A stretch of 54,179 nucleotides of DNA from a virus. Lineage: Duplodnaviria; Caudoviricetes. Of the stretch, positions 1 through 8,600 are shown piece by piece. Below the pieces are notes generated by a model. It was not told the DNA's origin. It saw only the letters and a list, made by a program, of their open reading frames with translations, and searched no databases. The stretch is from positions 1-54,179 of IMG/VR virus record IMGVR_UViG_3300023222_000219; one strand, written 5' to 3'. How positions within the stretch are numbered: the stretch's first letter is position 1; the number at the start of each line of letters is the position of its first letter. The position numbers and the translations under genes were made by a program.

Positions 1-144
1 CAACCAGAAATCGAACAAAAAAGAGAAGAAGGCAACGAAGAAAAACACACAAAAGGAAAAGAAAGAAGCTAATCAAGAGCCAGATTATCCGGTTCAGGAT
101 CCAGAAGAATTGTTCTAAAAATTAGCATACATCGCAATGCGGCC
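1..144. repeat. 144-bp direct terminal repeat, left copy (circular assembly overlap)
   Basis: Bases 1-144 are identical to 54036-54179; the repeat begins inside the 3' end of the RecT/Bet gene (stop at 116-118). Confidence 0.95.
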
Positions 145-176
145 GACTCAAATAATTATCTGAGTCGGCTTTTTTT
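142..176 (+). terminator. Intrinsic terminator after the recombination operon
   Basis: GCCGACTCA / TGAGTCGGC 9-bp stem followed by a T-run. Confidence 0.85.
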
Positions 177-205
177 ATTTAAATTTTTTGTTATCGGATT
201 TATGG

Positions 206-233
206 TTGACGAACTTTAGAGAAATGGTAAATT
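206..233 (+). promoter_or_regulatory. Sigma70-like promoter for the replication operon
   Basis: TTGACG-N16-TAAATT with extended -10 TG. Confidence 0.6.
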
Positions 234-241
234 AGAGAAAT

Positions 242-327
242 GAACCTGCATAATAATCAATTGAAAAAATTATATTTGACCCTGTCCTAACAAGTCTCTT
301 TGCAGGTTCGTGTTGGGATTGGGGTCA
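242..327 (+). promoter_or_regulatory. Structured 5' leader (hairpin whose loop is complementary to the 5' end)
   Basis: GAACCTGCA 242-250 complements TGCAGGTTC 301-309, which lies in the loop of stem 277-292/311-327. Confidence 0.55.
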
Positions 328-350
328 TTATTTACTGAGAGAGAGCTTTT

Positions 351-989
351 ATGAAAGAGCGACCTGCATTATTTAACCCAGAAATGGTCACAGGCATATT
401 AAATCTTACCAAAACAAAGACTAGGAGAATTGTCAAATACCCCACAGCAGAAGGGGAGCATGGTTGGTTTAAAACTGATACTGGATTTGAATATAAATTA
501 GGAGGATCAAAAAGACCTGTTTGCCCATATGGCAAAAAAGGAGATCGGCTTTGGGTTAAAGAAACTCATTATTTGTATGGATTTTGGAATAAATCAAGCG
601 AATTTACAAAAACAGGCAAACAAAAATATGAATTTATTTGTGATAAAGAATATAAGGCCAAATATTTAAGCAATCCACCATCTGACATTAAAACTAAAAA
701 ATCGGAACTTGGTTGGTTTAAACGACCTTCAATATTCATGTATCGTTGGGCGAGTCGCATTCAATTAGAAATCAATAATATCCGAACTGAGAGAATTCAA
801 GAAATTTCAGCAAGTGATTGTTTGGCCGAGGGAATTAATATTGATCCAGAATATTTTAAGAAAATGCCAGGAAAAATTCTTGCATTTGAAAAATTCAAAA
901 GTCTATGGGACTCAATAAACGAAAAAAGAGGTTATTCATGGGATAAAAACCCATGGGTTTGGGTAGTCGAATTTAAGGTGATATCGTGA
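351..989 (+). CDS. ASCH/PUA-like conserved phage protein
   Basis: MKERPALF..M...IL...KT.TRR N-terminus, GDRLWVKET, PSIFM.RWASRI, W..NPWVWVVEF. Confidence 0.75.
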   Translation: MKERPALFNPEMVTGILNLTKTKTRRIVKYPTAEGEHGWFKTDTGFEYKLGGSKRPVCPYGKKGDRLWVKETHYLYGFWNKSSEFTKTGKQKYEFICDKEYKAKYLSNPPSDIKTKKSELGWFKRPSIFMYRWASRIQLEINNIRTERIQEISASDCLAEGINIDPEYFKKMPGKILAFEKFKSLWDSINEKRGYSWDKNPWVWVVEFKVIS

Positions 990-1150
990 TCTTCTGCAAA
1001 ATATGCTTCTTCTGGCAAATAATAGTTTTGATCCTTTGCATACTTTTAACGCAAAAAGAAGAGGATTGCTCACAAATTCAAATGTGTCTTTTATTAGTTC
1101 TTTTACCTTCATTGATTACAACTTATTACCTGATTTGGGGCCAATATTGA
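986..1150 (+). CDS. Small hydrophobic hypothetical protein (not in ORF track)
   Basis: GTG start overlaps the upstream stop (GTGA); 54 codons, two hydrophobic stretches; stop overlaps next ATG. Confidence 0.45.
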   Translation: MIFCKICFFWQIIVLILCILLTQKEEDCSQIQMCLLLVLLPSLITTYYLIWGQY

Positions 1151-1305
1151 TGGAAGTGGGAATTGCATTCTTTTTCGGTTGGACGATCGCCACGTTTATT
1201 TGCGACATTAGATATAGACGAAAAATGGATCGTTTGGCCAAAGAAATTGAAACTATCGTTGAAAGAGCTGTTGAAAAATATGAAGAAGGGAAAAGGCGTG
1301 GATAA
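1150..1305 (+). CDS. Small single-TM membrane protein
   Basis: Likely start MEVGIAFFFGW at 1150; hydrophobic segment then charged tail. Confidence 0.55.
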   Translation: MEVGIAFFFGWTIATFICDIRYRRKMDRLAKEIETIVERAVEKYEEGKRRG

Positions 1306-1675
1306 AGAATTAACCGCTAGGGCCGCGCTTGCATTGGGGTGGGTTAAATATGACGACCAATGGTTCGTTCCTTTGCTTGGTCATGCTATGAAGTTGAAAA
1401 TAGGCGCAGATGGTATATCTATTTTTGACATCAAATTCACGATTTCACTTGATTGGTCCGCATTGGGCCTCGAGGAAGTTAAAAGTAAGCATTACGATTT
1501 AGACAAATACCTAGACAGGTTAGCAAAAATATTGGGTTGGCAAGGCGGATTAAAAACACATTATTACGGTGAGGATATAAACCACGAAGATCAAGTTTCA
1601 GATATTGTCCAAGCAACTCCCGCTGAAATAACTCAGGCTTGGGTGGAAGTTTTAGAAAGTAAGGATAACTCATGA
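1298..1675 (+). CDS. Hypothetical protein, ABA-sandwich/NinX-like
   Basis: Likely GTG start 1298; ELTARAALALGW ... ISLDW ... ATPAEITQAW pattern. Confidence 0.5.
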   Translation: MDKELTARAALALGWVKYDDQWFVPLLGHAMKLKIGADGISIFDIKFTISLDWSALGLEEVKSKHYDLDKYLDRLAKILGWQGGLKTHYYGEDINHEDQVSDIVQATPAEITQAWVEVLESKDNS

Positions 1676-2103
1676 GCGATAAACCTAAATTAAACTTGAT
1701 TAAAGAAGAAGACTTTGAATTTCCAGGAGAGCGTATTAGAAATTATGACAATATAGTCCTGGTCAGAAGAAGACAATATATAGTCAAAGCCAACGATATC
1801 ATTCAAGCTTGGTACGAAAAAGAGTTCAAGGTGGGGTATTACATCGAGCAACACCCTGGATTTATCGGGCAAACATACGAGGACGATAGGGATTGTGACC
1901 GTCGCATAATCTACAAAACTAAGCCTTTAAAGGAAAAGGAAAAGTGTGATTTTGACCATTACACGGCCTATGAAATGCAAAAATCAGCTATCGGGTTGAT
2001 AGAAACCTATGCAAAATATCACGGCAATAAAATAAAAATCGAAACAGGAAAATGCCCTAAATGCGGGGAAAAACTGTCTAAATCAGAAAGTCAATCCGAA
2101 TAA
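1672..2103 (+). CDS. Hypothetical protein with C-terminal CPKCG
   Basis: Coupled ORF (ATGA overlap). Confidence 0.65.
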   Translation: MSDKPKLNLIKEEDFEFPGERIRNYDNIVLVRRRQYIVKANDIIQAWYEKEFKVGYYIEQHPGFIGQTYEDDRDCDRRIIYKTKPLKEKEKCDFDHYTAYEMQKSAIGLIETYAKYHGNKIKIETGKCPKCGEKLSKSESQSE

Positions 2104-2708
2104 TGTCTCAAGAAATTAAAGCAATTGAAACTCATTATGATGGCTATCGATTCAGAAGCAGATTAGAGGCTCGTTGGGCTGTGTTTTTTAATGCTGTAGG
2201 GCTTGAATATGAGTATGAAAAAGAGGGCTTTGAGCTTTCTAGGAGGTATTTGCCTGATTTTTGGTTGCCTCAACTTGAATGCTGGATTGAGATTAAAGGT
2301 GAACATATAACAGAACGAGATATTACATTATGTAAAGAATTAGCGGAACACACAGACACAACCGTTTATCTGATAGAAAAGCTGCCAAGTAGCAAGCCTT
2401 TCGCAATATACTTTCCACGCGAATACGAATATGAAACCGGTCATCTGTCTCGAGATTGTTACTGGGTCGAATCCCCATGTTGTCGAAAAATTTACATTGA
2501 TGATTCTACTTTAAATAATGAGGGATATTTTAATTATGGCAAAACACACTGGTGTACATGCTTGTTTCTTTATAGTCCCACAATCCTTATTCACAAAGAT
2601 AATCATTTTTTAGAAGAATGTTACAAATTGTCCAAAATGGCAAGGTTTGAGCATGGAGAAATACCAAGCACCGAAAAACACCCAGATTATGCAAGGCGTA
2701 TTAAATAA
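2103..2708 (+). CDS. PD-(D/E)XK nuclease-family protein
   Basis: AIETHYDGYRFRSRLEARWAVFF, YLPDFWLP, WIEIKG motifs. Confidence 0.8.
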   Translation: MSQEIKAIETHYDGYRFRSRLEARWAVFFNAVGLEYEYEKEGFELSRRYLPDFWLPQLECWIEIKGEHITERDITLCKELAEHTDTTVYLIEKLPSSKPFAIYFPREYEYETGHLSRDCYWVESPCCRKIYIDDSTLNNEGYFNYGKTHWCTCLFLYSPTILIHKDNHFLEECYKLSKMARFEHGEIPSTEKHPDYARRIK

Positions 2709-3448
2709 TGGCAAGATCTAGGAATCTTAAGCCAGGATCTTGTGACAACGAGGTCTTAGCTGACTTGAGCCCACATATAAGGTTGTTATGGGCATTTCTA
2801 CCTTGCCATGCAGATTGTGAGGGAAAGCTAGAAGATAGGCCCCAAAGACTTCACATCAAGATATTCCCTTATGAGCCAAAATTGAAATTCAATGGCATGC
2901 TGCAAGCGCTTCATGACAACAAATTCATAACCAGATATGAGGTCGATGGGGAAAAATTCATATGGATTAACAAATTTTTAGACCACCAATCACCGACCAA
3001 GAAAGAAAGGGAAAAAGGGTCTGATTTCCCCGATTATGATCCAAATTCCCATGGGACAGTACCGGAACAGAACGGGGATAGTACCGGTCTGGCCTTAACC
3101 CTTAACCCTAAACCCTTAACCCTAAACCCTAAACCCGCAGAGCTTGAAAATAAAATTAATGAAATTGGTGAATATTATAAAAACAATATAAATCCAACAG
3201 AAATATCGTCAGGGAAAAGGAACTTAAAAAAAATAGCGACAACATCAAATATCGACAACTTATTTCAATACGTCAAAAACTACCATCAGACAACAAAACA
3301 TAATTCAGGAACTCAATACAAAATCAGAATGAGAAATTTTTTCGGAAGAGATCGCAGATTTGAAGATTACAAAGAATTTGTCAATCCAAGCCAATATTCA
3401 AAAGATCCAGACGTATTTGAATTACCAAAATTAGGTGATAGACGATGA
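2708..3448 (+). CDS. Phage replication initiator / replisome organiser
   Basis: MARSRNLKP...ADCEG.LED N-terminal family signature, low-complexity linker, directly upstream of helicase. Confidence 0.75.
   Translation: MARSRNLKPGSCDNEVLADLSPHIRLLWAFLPCHADCEGKLEDRPQRLHIKIFPYEPKLKFNGMLQALHDNKFITRYEVDGEKFIWINKFLDHQSPTKKEREKGSDFPDYDPNSHGTVPEQNGDSTGLALTLNPKPLTLNPKPAELENKINEIGEYYKNNINPTEISSGKRNLKKIATTSNIDNLFQYVKNYHQTTKHNSGTQYKIRMRNFFGRDRRFEDYKEFVNPSQYSKDPDVFELPKLGDRR
3053..3136 (+). repeat. Iteron-like pair plus 7-bp tandem repeat inside the initiator gene
   Basis: GGGAYAGTACCGG at 3053 and 3075; six CCT(T/A)AAC units at 3093-3134. Confidence 0.75.
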
Positions 3449-4743
3449 AATACACAGCCGAACAATCAGAAAAAGCCTTTATAGGCTGTTTAATCCTAGA
3501 CCCTGAATTACTAGAAGTCGTTAAAGACAAAGGGCTTACGCCGGATTGGCTTAAAGACGGTAAACATAAAAGGATATTTGAAATCCTCTTAGAAGCCTTT
3601 GATGAAGGAAAATTTTTAGATCCAAACACAATCTCAGATAAGGGCGTGGATTACTTAATGATCACAGAATTGATGGACAGCGTAAATAGCACGTCAAATT
3701 TCGACGAACACGCTTACAACATAGGGGTGGCCCGTTTAAACGAAGCGATCCAAAATAGGCTCCTACGCGATCCTGAGAACCCACAGTCAGTTAGAGCACT
3801 TATTGATTCTTTTGAAAACAAGTTTTCGTCCAATAAGATTGTCAGAGTCAGCGACATTGCGAAAAAAATTGCTGAAGAGGTTATCAACGAGAATCCAAAG
3901 ATTGAAATGAATCTACCTTGGAGCAATTTAAATCAACTTTTAAGCGGAATTCAAAGAAAAAAGCTGTATTTCGTAGGAGGTCTTCCGGGTCACAGAAAGA
4001 CTGATTTCGTGATAAATATCTCTGATCACATTTTGAAACAGGGATTTAAGGTTCTGCATTGTGATTATGAAATGGGCGAGTCAGACACTTTTAAGCGATA
4101 TCTGACAAAACGAAAAGAAATTCCAAATACTTGGATCGACACAAGGCGAGACAAGTGGGGAAACGTTCTAGCTATCGAAGAACGCGAAATTATGTCAAAT
4201 CATACAGGTGAGTACGGCAAAGAGATTGACGAAATCTTGAAGATCGTTTGTTATCGCAAAATCAATGAAATCAAATCAATTGCTAAATCTATGCAAGCCG
4301 ACGTTATTGTGATTGATCACATTCAATTATTCTGCGAAGAGCACCCCATGAGAAAAGGTTCGACGAATGCGACACATATAAATAATCTATGCCGCAGATT
4401 AAAGAAATTGGCCATGGAATTGGACGTTGCGGTTATTTGTCCAAGTCAAATTGACAAAAATATGGAGGGGCCACCGAGAAAGAAGGATTTCAAGGAATCG
4501 GCCGGAATGATGGAAAATGGAGACGTCTTGATTGGGATCTGGTGGCCACATGCAGAACAGAAAAAGAAATCAAGTAGGGGCGTCGAATGCCTAATGAACT
4601 TTTTTGAATATGTGCTTGCAAAGCATAGGGGTGGTCCAGTTGGAAGAGACGATTTGGAATGCCAACCAGATACCGGATTAATGAAAGAATTTTCAAAAAG
4701 AGAAGAACCAAGCAACTGTTACGAGGGGAACGGAGAGTTATGA
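3445..4743 (+). CDS. dnaB: DnaB-like replicative helicase
   Basis: N-terminal SEKAFIGCLILD; variant Walker A GGLPGHRKT; EM; VIVIDHIQL; LKKLAMELDVAV..SQ; KESAG; AKHRGG. Confidence 0.85.
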   Translation: MKYTAEQSEKAFIGCLILDPELLEVVKDKGLTPDWLKDGKHKRIFEILLEAFDEGKFLDPNTISDKGVDYLMITELMDSVNSTSNFDEHAYNIGVARLNEAIQNRLLRDPENPQSVRALIDSFENKFSSNKIVRVSDIAKKIAEEVINENPKIEMNLPWSNLNQLLSGIQRKKLYFVGGLPGHRKTDFVINISDHILKQGFKVLHCDYEMGESDTFKRYLTKRKEIPNTWIDTRRDKWGNVLAIEEREIMSNHTGEYGKEIDEILKIVCYRKINEIKSIAKSMQADVIVIDHIQLFCEEHPMRKGSTNATHINNLCRRLKKLAMELDVAVICPSQIDKNMEGPPRKKDFKESAGMMENGDVLIGIWWPHAEQKKKSSRGVECLMNFFEYVLAKHRGGPVGRDDLECQPDTGLMKEFSKREEPSNCYEGNGEL

Positions 4744-4940
4744 AAAATTTGCAGAAATTCCCGCCAAATGAAGAGATTTACAAATTTCTTGAGGATTGTG
4801 CAAAAAATGGAATTGGAAATAATCCAAGGGAAAGACCGGTTAATATTTTGGCAAACAATTACAGTATGAGATACGAATTGGCGATCGAGTATCAAAAAGA
4901 ATTTTATAGAAGGCAAAGATTGAAAAGGAGCGAAAAGTGA
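4740..4940 (+). CDS. Hypothetical protein
   Basis: ATGA-coupled ORF after the helicase. Confidence 0.55.
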   Translation: MKNLQKFPPNEEIYKFLEDCAKNGIGNNPRERPVNILANNYSMRYELAIEYQKEFYRRQRLKRSEK

Positions 4941-5452
4941 GAAAAGCAATTGCAATTGCGGAATCAGAAAATTATTGGTCTGTTGTTTGTGACGACAGCT
5001 CTATATGGATAGGTCAAGGTAAAGATTGGAAAAGAATAGCAGGCATTCCTCAAGGCCTAAACGCTCATGAAGAAGAAATGAAAAAATATAAAGACGCTTT
5101 ACAGAAAATGGCCCAAGAAAAACAGGAATTAAAAGGGCAGTTGGCTAATGTAAAAGGAACTTTAAAACTTCGAGACAAAGAAGCCGAAGATCACTATCTC
5201 GAAATGTCCCACATTCGAGAAGTTGAAATTCCTGATTTAGAAATGAAAAACGCGGAATTGCAATGCGCTTTGAAAAAACTTCCCGAAACCGTTAACGTCA
5301 CGGGAGACGAAATGAATCTCACAATATTTCAAATATTAAAAGAAAATTATATAACCGTGAGAAATGAAATTATAAACGATAACAAACTCACAAATGAAGA
5401 AAAAAAACGATCTTTGGATTACTTAAACAGAGCTTGTAAGGTTTTAAAATGA
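4937..5452 (+). CDS. Hypothetical protein: short CDDxxIW domain plus coiled coil
   Basis: GTG start with AGGAG; N-terminus resembles 8385-8600. Confidence 0.65.
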   Translation: MRKAIAIAESENYWSVVCDDSSIWIGQGKDWKRIAGIPQGLNAHEEEMKKYKDALQKMAQEKQELKGQLANVKGTLKLRDKEAEDHYLEMSHIREVEIPDLEMKNAELQCALKKLPETVNVTGDEMNLTIFQILKENYITVRNEIINDNKLTNEEKKRSLDYLNRACKVLK

Positions 5453-5928
5453 TCTACGACCAAATAATAATCCCCGGCCAAGTTATTTCTAAAAAGAATA
5501 GTCCAAGAGTCACTAATTACGGAGGTCATTCAAGCATTCGAGCAAGTGAGGCTTATGAAAAATGGGAAAAATCTGCAAAAATATTTATGGCTGGAAGAAT
5601 AAAATTTAAGAAAGAATACCCTATTTTTTTACATTTTGAATTTGTCATGGAAACCGATCGGGTGTGGGATTGGAATAACCTGAGTCAGGGACCACAAGAT
5701 ATTTTAGTTCAAATGGGAATCATGGCAGAAGACAACTATAGATATTGCATTCCAGTGTTTTTTGGAAAGTATGCAGGTGTTTACAAAGACAAAAATAATC
5801 CAAGGTTGACTTTGACATTCACAGATTTGGACGAATTGAGAAGGCCCGATTTTTTTGAAGGGGAAAAGAGAAAATTAAATCATTACAAGCACCTTGCAGA
5901 AGTTGCCGAAAAAAAGAAGGGGAAATAA
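5449..5928 (+). CDS. rusA: RusA-like Holliday junction resolvase
   Basis: IPGQVISKKNS, D.DWNN...PQDILV..G...EDN, DKNNPR. Confidence 0.75.
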   Translation: MIYDQIIIPGQVISKKNSPRVTNYGGHSSIRASEAYEKWEKSAKIFMAGRIKFKKEYPIFLHFEFVMETDRVWDWNNLSQGPQDILVQMGIMAEDNYRYCIPVFFGKYAGVYKDKNNPRLTLTFTDLDELRRPDFFEGEKRKLNHYKHLAEVAEKKKGK

Positions 5929-5929
5929 A

Positions 5930-6226
5930 GTGGAAATAAATGAGTTAATGCAAGAAATAAACAAATCATCTTTAAAAGTAGCATTGTTCGCGTCGAATGA
6001 ATGTGAAAAAAGAAAGATACCCGCTTCGTGTGTGTCTACAGTTTTGTTGAATTCACTTGAGGGGGCAATTGTGTCTATCTGTTCAATCTTATTGAAAGAG
6101 TGTGGAAAAGAGGAATTTAATGCCTATCACAAAAATATTAACAATCAAATCAAGGCAGTAGGCGAGCAAATTAACGAATACCTCAATGAACAAATTGAAG
6201 AATTTAACAAAGAAAGCAAAAGATAA
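5930..6226 (+). CDS. Hypothetical protein
   Basis: Likely GTG start just after the rusA stop. Confidence 0.55.
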   Translation: MEINELMQEINKSSLKVALFASNECEKRKIPASCVSTVLLNSLEGAIVSICSILLKECGKEEFNAYHKNINNQIKAVGEQINEYLNEQIEEFNKESKR

Positions 6227-6591
6227 TGAGAGATATTTTCACGCCAGAATTTGAACAACATGCAATCAATCACCCGTTGATGGGATTGCCCTTAAAAGGG
6301 AGCGGAGGTTGTTATTTCATTCCGTTTACTAATAAAAAAGATAAAACTATTTTCTTGCAAGTTGTGGCCGACATTGGTGAAGGTTGGGATCATGTGAGCG
6401 TTTCATTGACTCATCGTTGCCCCAATTGGCTCGAAATGGATTACATTAAAAGATTGTTTTTTGAAGAAAAAGAAGTTGCTTATCAATTGCATGTCCAAAC
6501 AGAGAAACACATAAGAATTCACGATTATTGCCTTCATCTTTGGAGGCCACAAGATCAAGAGATTCCATTGCCACCAAGGATAATGGTCTAA
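6226..6591 (+). CDS. Conserved phage protein (GWDHVSVS family)
   Basis: GWDHVSVS..RCPNW.EM..IK.LFF...QLH......HDYCLHLWRP. Confidence 0.75.
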   Translation: MRDIFTPEFEQHAINHPLMGLPLKGSGGCYFIPFTNKKDKTIFLQVVADIGEGWDHVSVSLTHRCPNWLEMDYIKRLFFEEKEVAYQLHVQTEKHIRIHDYCLHLWRPQDQEIPLPPRIMV

Positions 6592-7364
6592 TGTGGATAG
6601 TCCCGAAAAACCACCCACTCCACCAAGAATTCTTTCCTTCTGTTCCGGTTACGGAGGAATCGAAATTGGTCTTGAAAGAGTGTTTGGAAAAATCAACGTC
6701 CTCGCTCATGTGGAAATCGAAGCCTATGCAATTGCAAACCTTATCAAGAATATGGAATCGGGCGAAATGGCTCCAAGTCCTATCTGGACGAATCTTAAAA
6801 CCTTGCCGCTGGGCCCCTTTCGAGGAAAGGTTGAAATCCTCACTGGTGGCTATCCCTGTCAACCATTTAGTAGCGCAGGAAAAAGACTTGGAGAAGAAGA
6901 CCCAAGGCACCTTTGGCCCTATTTCAGAACAGCAATCGACATTATTCGACCTGGATTGTGTTTCTTCGAGAATGTCGAAGGGCATATTACCGAAGGGCTC
7001 TATGACGTACTCGATGACTTGGGAGGCTTGGGTTATCAATCGACGTGGGGAATTTTTAGTGCGTCGGAATGTGGTTTCAACCACGAAAGGCAAAGAATAT
7101 TTATCCTTGCCGACTCCGGTAGCTTGCGATTACAAGGGCATTCAAAAGATTGTAATCACAAAGACAGGGCCCAAGCTTTACAGAAAAAACACAGGTCTAT
7201 ATTTCTCCCCGAAAGTGAGGGACATTCTGGAATATGGACACACGAAGGATTTCAAAGCGAACCCGTCGTTCCTCGAGGAAATGATGGGCTTAAAAGTTGG
7301 GTGGACAGATTTAGAATCTTGGGTAATGGAGTCGTTCCAAAAACAGCAGAAAAAGCATTTATAA
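6591..7364 (+). CDS. Overlapping-frame ORF, probable second (beta-like) methyltransferase chain
   Basis: 257 open codons from an ATG that overlaps the upstream stop; LPTPVACDYKG and NPSFLEEMMGLKVGWTD (motif IX-like). Confidence 0.6.
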   Translation: MWIVPKNHPLHQEFFPSVPVTEESKLVLKECLEKSTSSLMWKSKPMQLQTLSRIWNRAKWLQVLSGRILKPCRWAPFEERLKSSLVAIPVNHLVAQEKDLEKKTQGTFGPISEQQSTLFDLDCVSSRMSKGILPKGSMTYSMTWEAWVINRRGEFLVRRNVVSTTKGKEYLSLPTPVACDYKGIQKIVITKTGPKLYRKNTGLYFSPKVRDILEYGHTKDFKANPSFLEEMMGLKVGWTDLESWVMESFQKQQKKHL

Positions 7365-7390
7365 CATTAACAAAGGAACTAGCTAGATAA
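6593..7390 (+). CDS. DNA (cytosine-5) methyltransferase, catalytic (alpha-like) chain
   Basis: Motif I FCSGYGG, IV GGYPCQPFS, VI ENV, VIII HERQRIF, X LGNGVVP; no clear motif IX in this frame. Confidence 0.9.
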   Translation: MDSPEKPPTPPRILSFCSGYGGIEIGLERVFGKINVLAHVEIEAYAIANLIKNMESGEMAPSPIWTNLKTLPLGPFRGKVEILTGGYPCQPFSSAGKRLGEEDPRHLWPYFRTAIDIIRPGLCFFENVEGHITEGLYDVLDDLGGLGYQSTWGIFSASECGFNHERQRIFILADSGSLRLQGHSKDCNHKDRAQALQKKHRSIFLPESEGHSGIWTHEGFQSEPVVPRGNDGLKSWVDRFRILGNGVVPKTAEKAFITLTKELAR

Positions 7391-7399
7391 GGAGCAAAA

Positions 7400-7810
7400 A
7401 TGGCTAAGAAAAAGAAAGAGCAGGACGAAATCGAAAAGGAATTTTTTGACGTACTTGCAGACGTTAAAACAGCAAAAACCGTAACTCTGAATAAGTTTTG
7501 GATTAAAGGTTTGAAAGATCGTAAAGCAGAGCAGAACAGGGCAGTTAAGAAAGTTGAGAATCAAGTTTCAACGGCAAACATGGGCGTCATATCAAACGTT
7601 AAGCTTGCCAAAAAAAATATGGGCGAACTTGAAAAAGTAATCAATGATTTGTCAGCATACACAAAAGACGTTACAGAAATTGTTCAAAAACTAAATGATT
7701 TCAGAGCACAATATCCAATGTTCAAAGACTATTTCACACACACAGCAGAATTCAATATCGAAAAAGGGGCGATCGTATTGAAAGAAGTTAAAAAGAAGGA
7801 AGCAGAATAA
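7400..7810 (+). CDS. Hypothetical protein
   Basis: AAGGAG RBS, 136 aa, helical/charged. Confidence 0.7.
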   Translation: MAKKKKEQDEIEKEFFDVLADVKTAKTVTLNKFWIKGLKDRKAEQNRAVKKVENQVSTANMGVISNVKLAKKNMGELEKVINDLSAYTKDVTEIVQKLNDFRAQYPMFKDYFTHTAEFNIEKGAIVLKEVKKKEAE

Positions 7811-7980
7811 CCCCTGAGAAAGAAAGAGAGAGAAGTGAAGCAGACCGAAACAAAGAAGGCGAATTTAGAAGAAGAATACCAGAGTGCTCAAAGGGCTATG
7901 ATCGAGCACCCTGGTATTTATTTTGAAGTTAATAGCAAGTGTGACAAAAAGATAAGAATTTTTCTTAAGAAAGATCTTGT

Positions 7981-8388
7981 ATGGACAAGCAAAGTAGTTG
8001 CAGCGTGATTAATTCAGATCATAGAAATGACAACCTTTTGAATAATCACCTTCGAGCAGAAGAAGAGGTGGATAAATGGCAAGAGGTTTATCTCGAATCG
8101 ATCGCAATTGGATCTGATGGATTTGAGAATGAATATTTTGTTGATAAATTCTGTGCCAACGTTGATTGGGAAACGAACCCTGTTGAACTTGGCACAGATT
8201 GCATGAATGCAATTTTAGCCTTTAGAGTATTCAATGAACAAATCAGAAAGATTTTTAAAAGAAGAATTTCAAGATACGTCACCTATTATTACTTCCATTG
8301 GGAAGACGGAATAAATCAGGCCGACGCTTTAGAAGCCGTGGAAGATTACAGCAATAAATTATTTGAAAGAGGAGTCAAAAGATCATGA
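7981..8388 (+). CDS. Hypothetical protein
   Basis: ORF track; true start may be GTG 8005. Confidence 0.6.
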   Translation: MDKQSSCSVINSDHRNDNLLNNHLRAEEEVDKWQEVYLESIAIGSDGFENEYFVDKFCANVDWETNPVELGTDCMNAILAFRVFNEQIRKIFKRRISRYVTYYYFHWEDGINQADALEAVEDYSNKLFERGVKRS

Positions 8389-8600
8389 AGTTTTTCAAAA
8401 GGAAAAGGAGAATAGTTTCAATTTCGGCCGTTTCGGCGGGTCAATACAGAAGTATTTTACAAGTTGACGACACAGGCCAAGTTCAAGGGACCGGCAACGC
8501 TTGTGGAGTATTTGCCCTCATGAGTGACGATACAATTGAAATATTTTCAACAGGAAACAAAAAATGGACATTGTTGCCACCGGTCCCAAAGAGATTCTAA
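8385..8600 (+). CDS. Small conserved phage protein (FAL.DD.I...W..LPP.P)
   Basis: GGAG RBS, ATGA coupling. Confidence 0.65.
   Translation: MKFFKRKRRIVSISAVSAGQYRSILQVDDTGQVQGTGNACGVFALMSDDTIEIFSTGNKKWTLLPPVPKRF

Noticed and set aside
1-144. Physical terminal repeats
   Set aside because: The repeat cuts through a gene and stops at the start of its terminator; better explained as assembler overlap of a circular contig
3093-3136. Telomere-like CCCTAAA repeats or eukaryotic contamination
   Set aside because: Only 44 bp, in frame inside a phage initiator linker
6446-7093. 215-aa antisense ORF
   Set aside because: No recognisable motifs; probably a shadow of the doubly coded region
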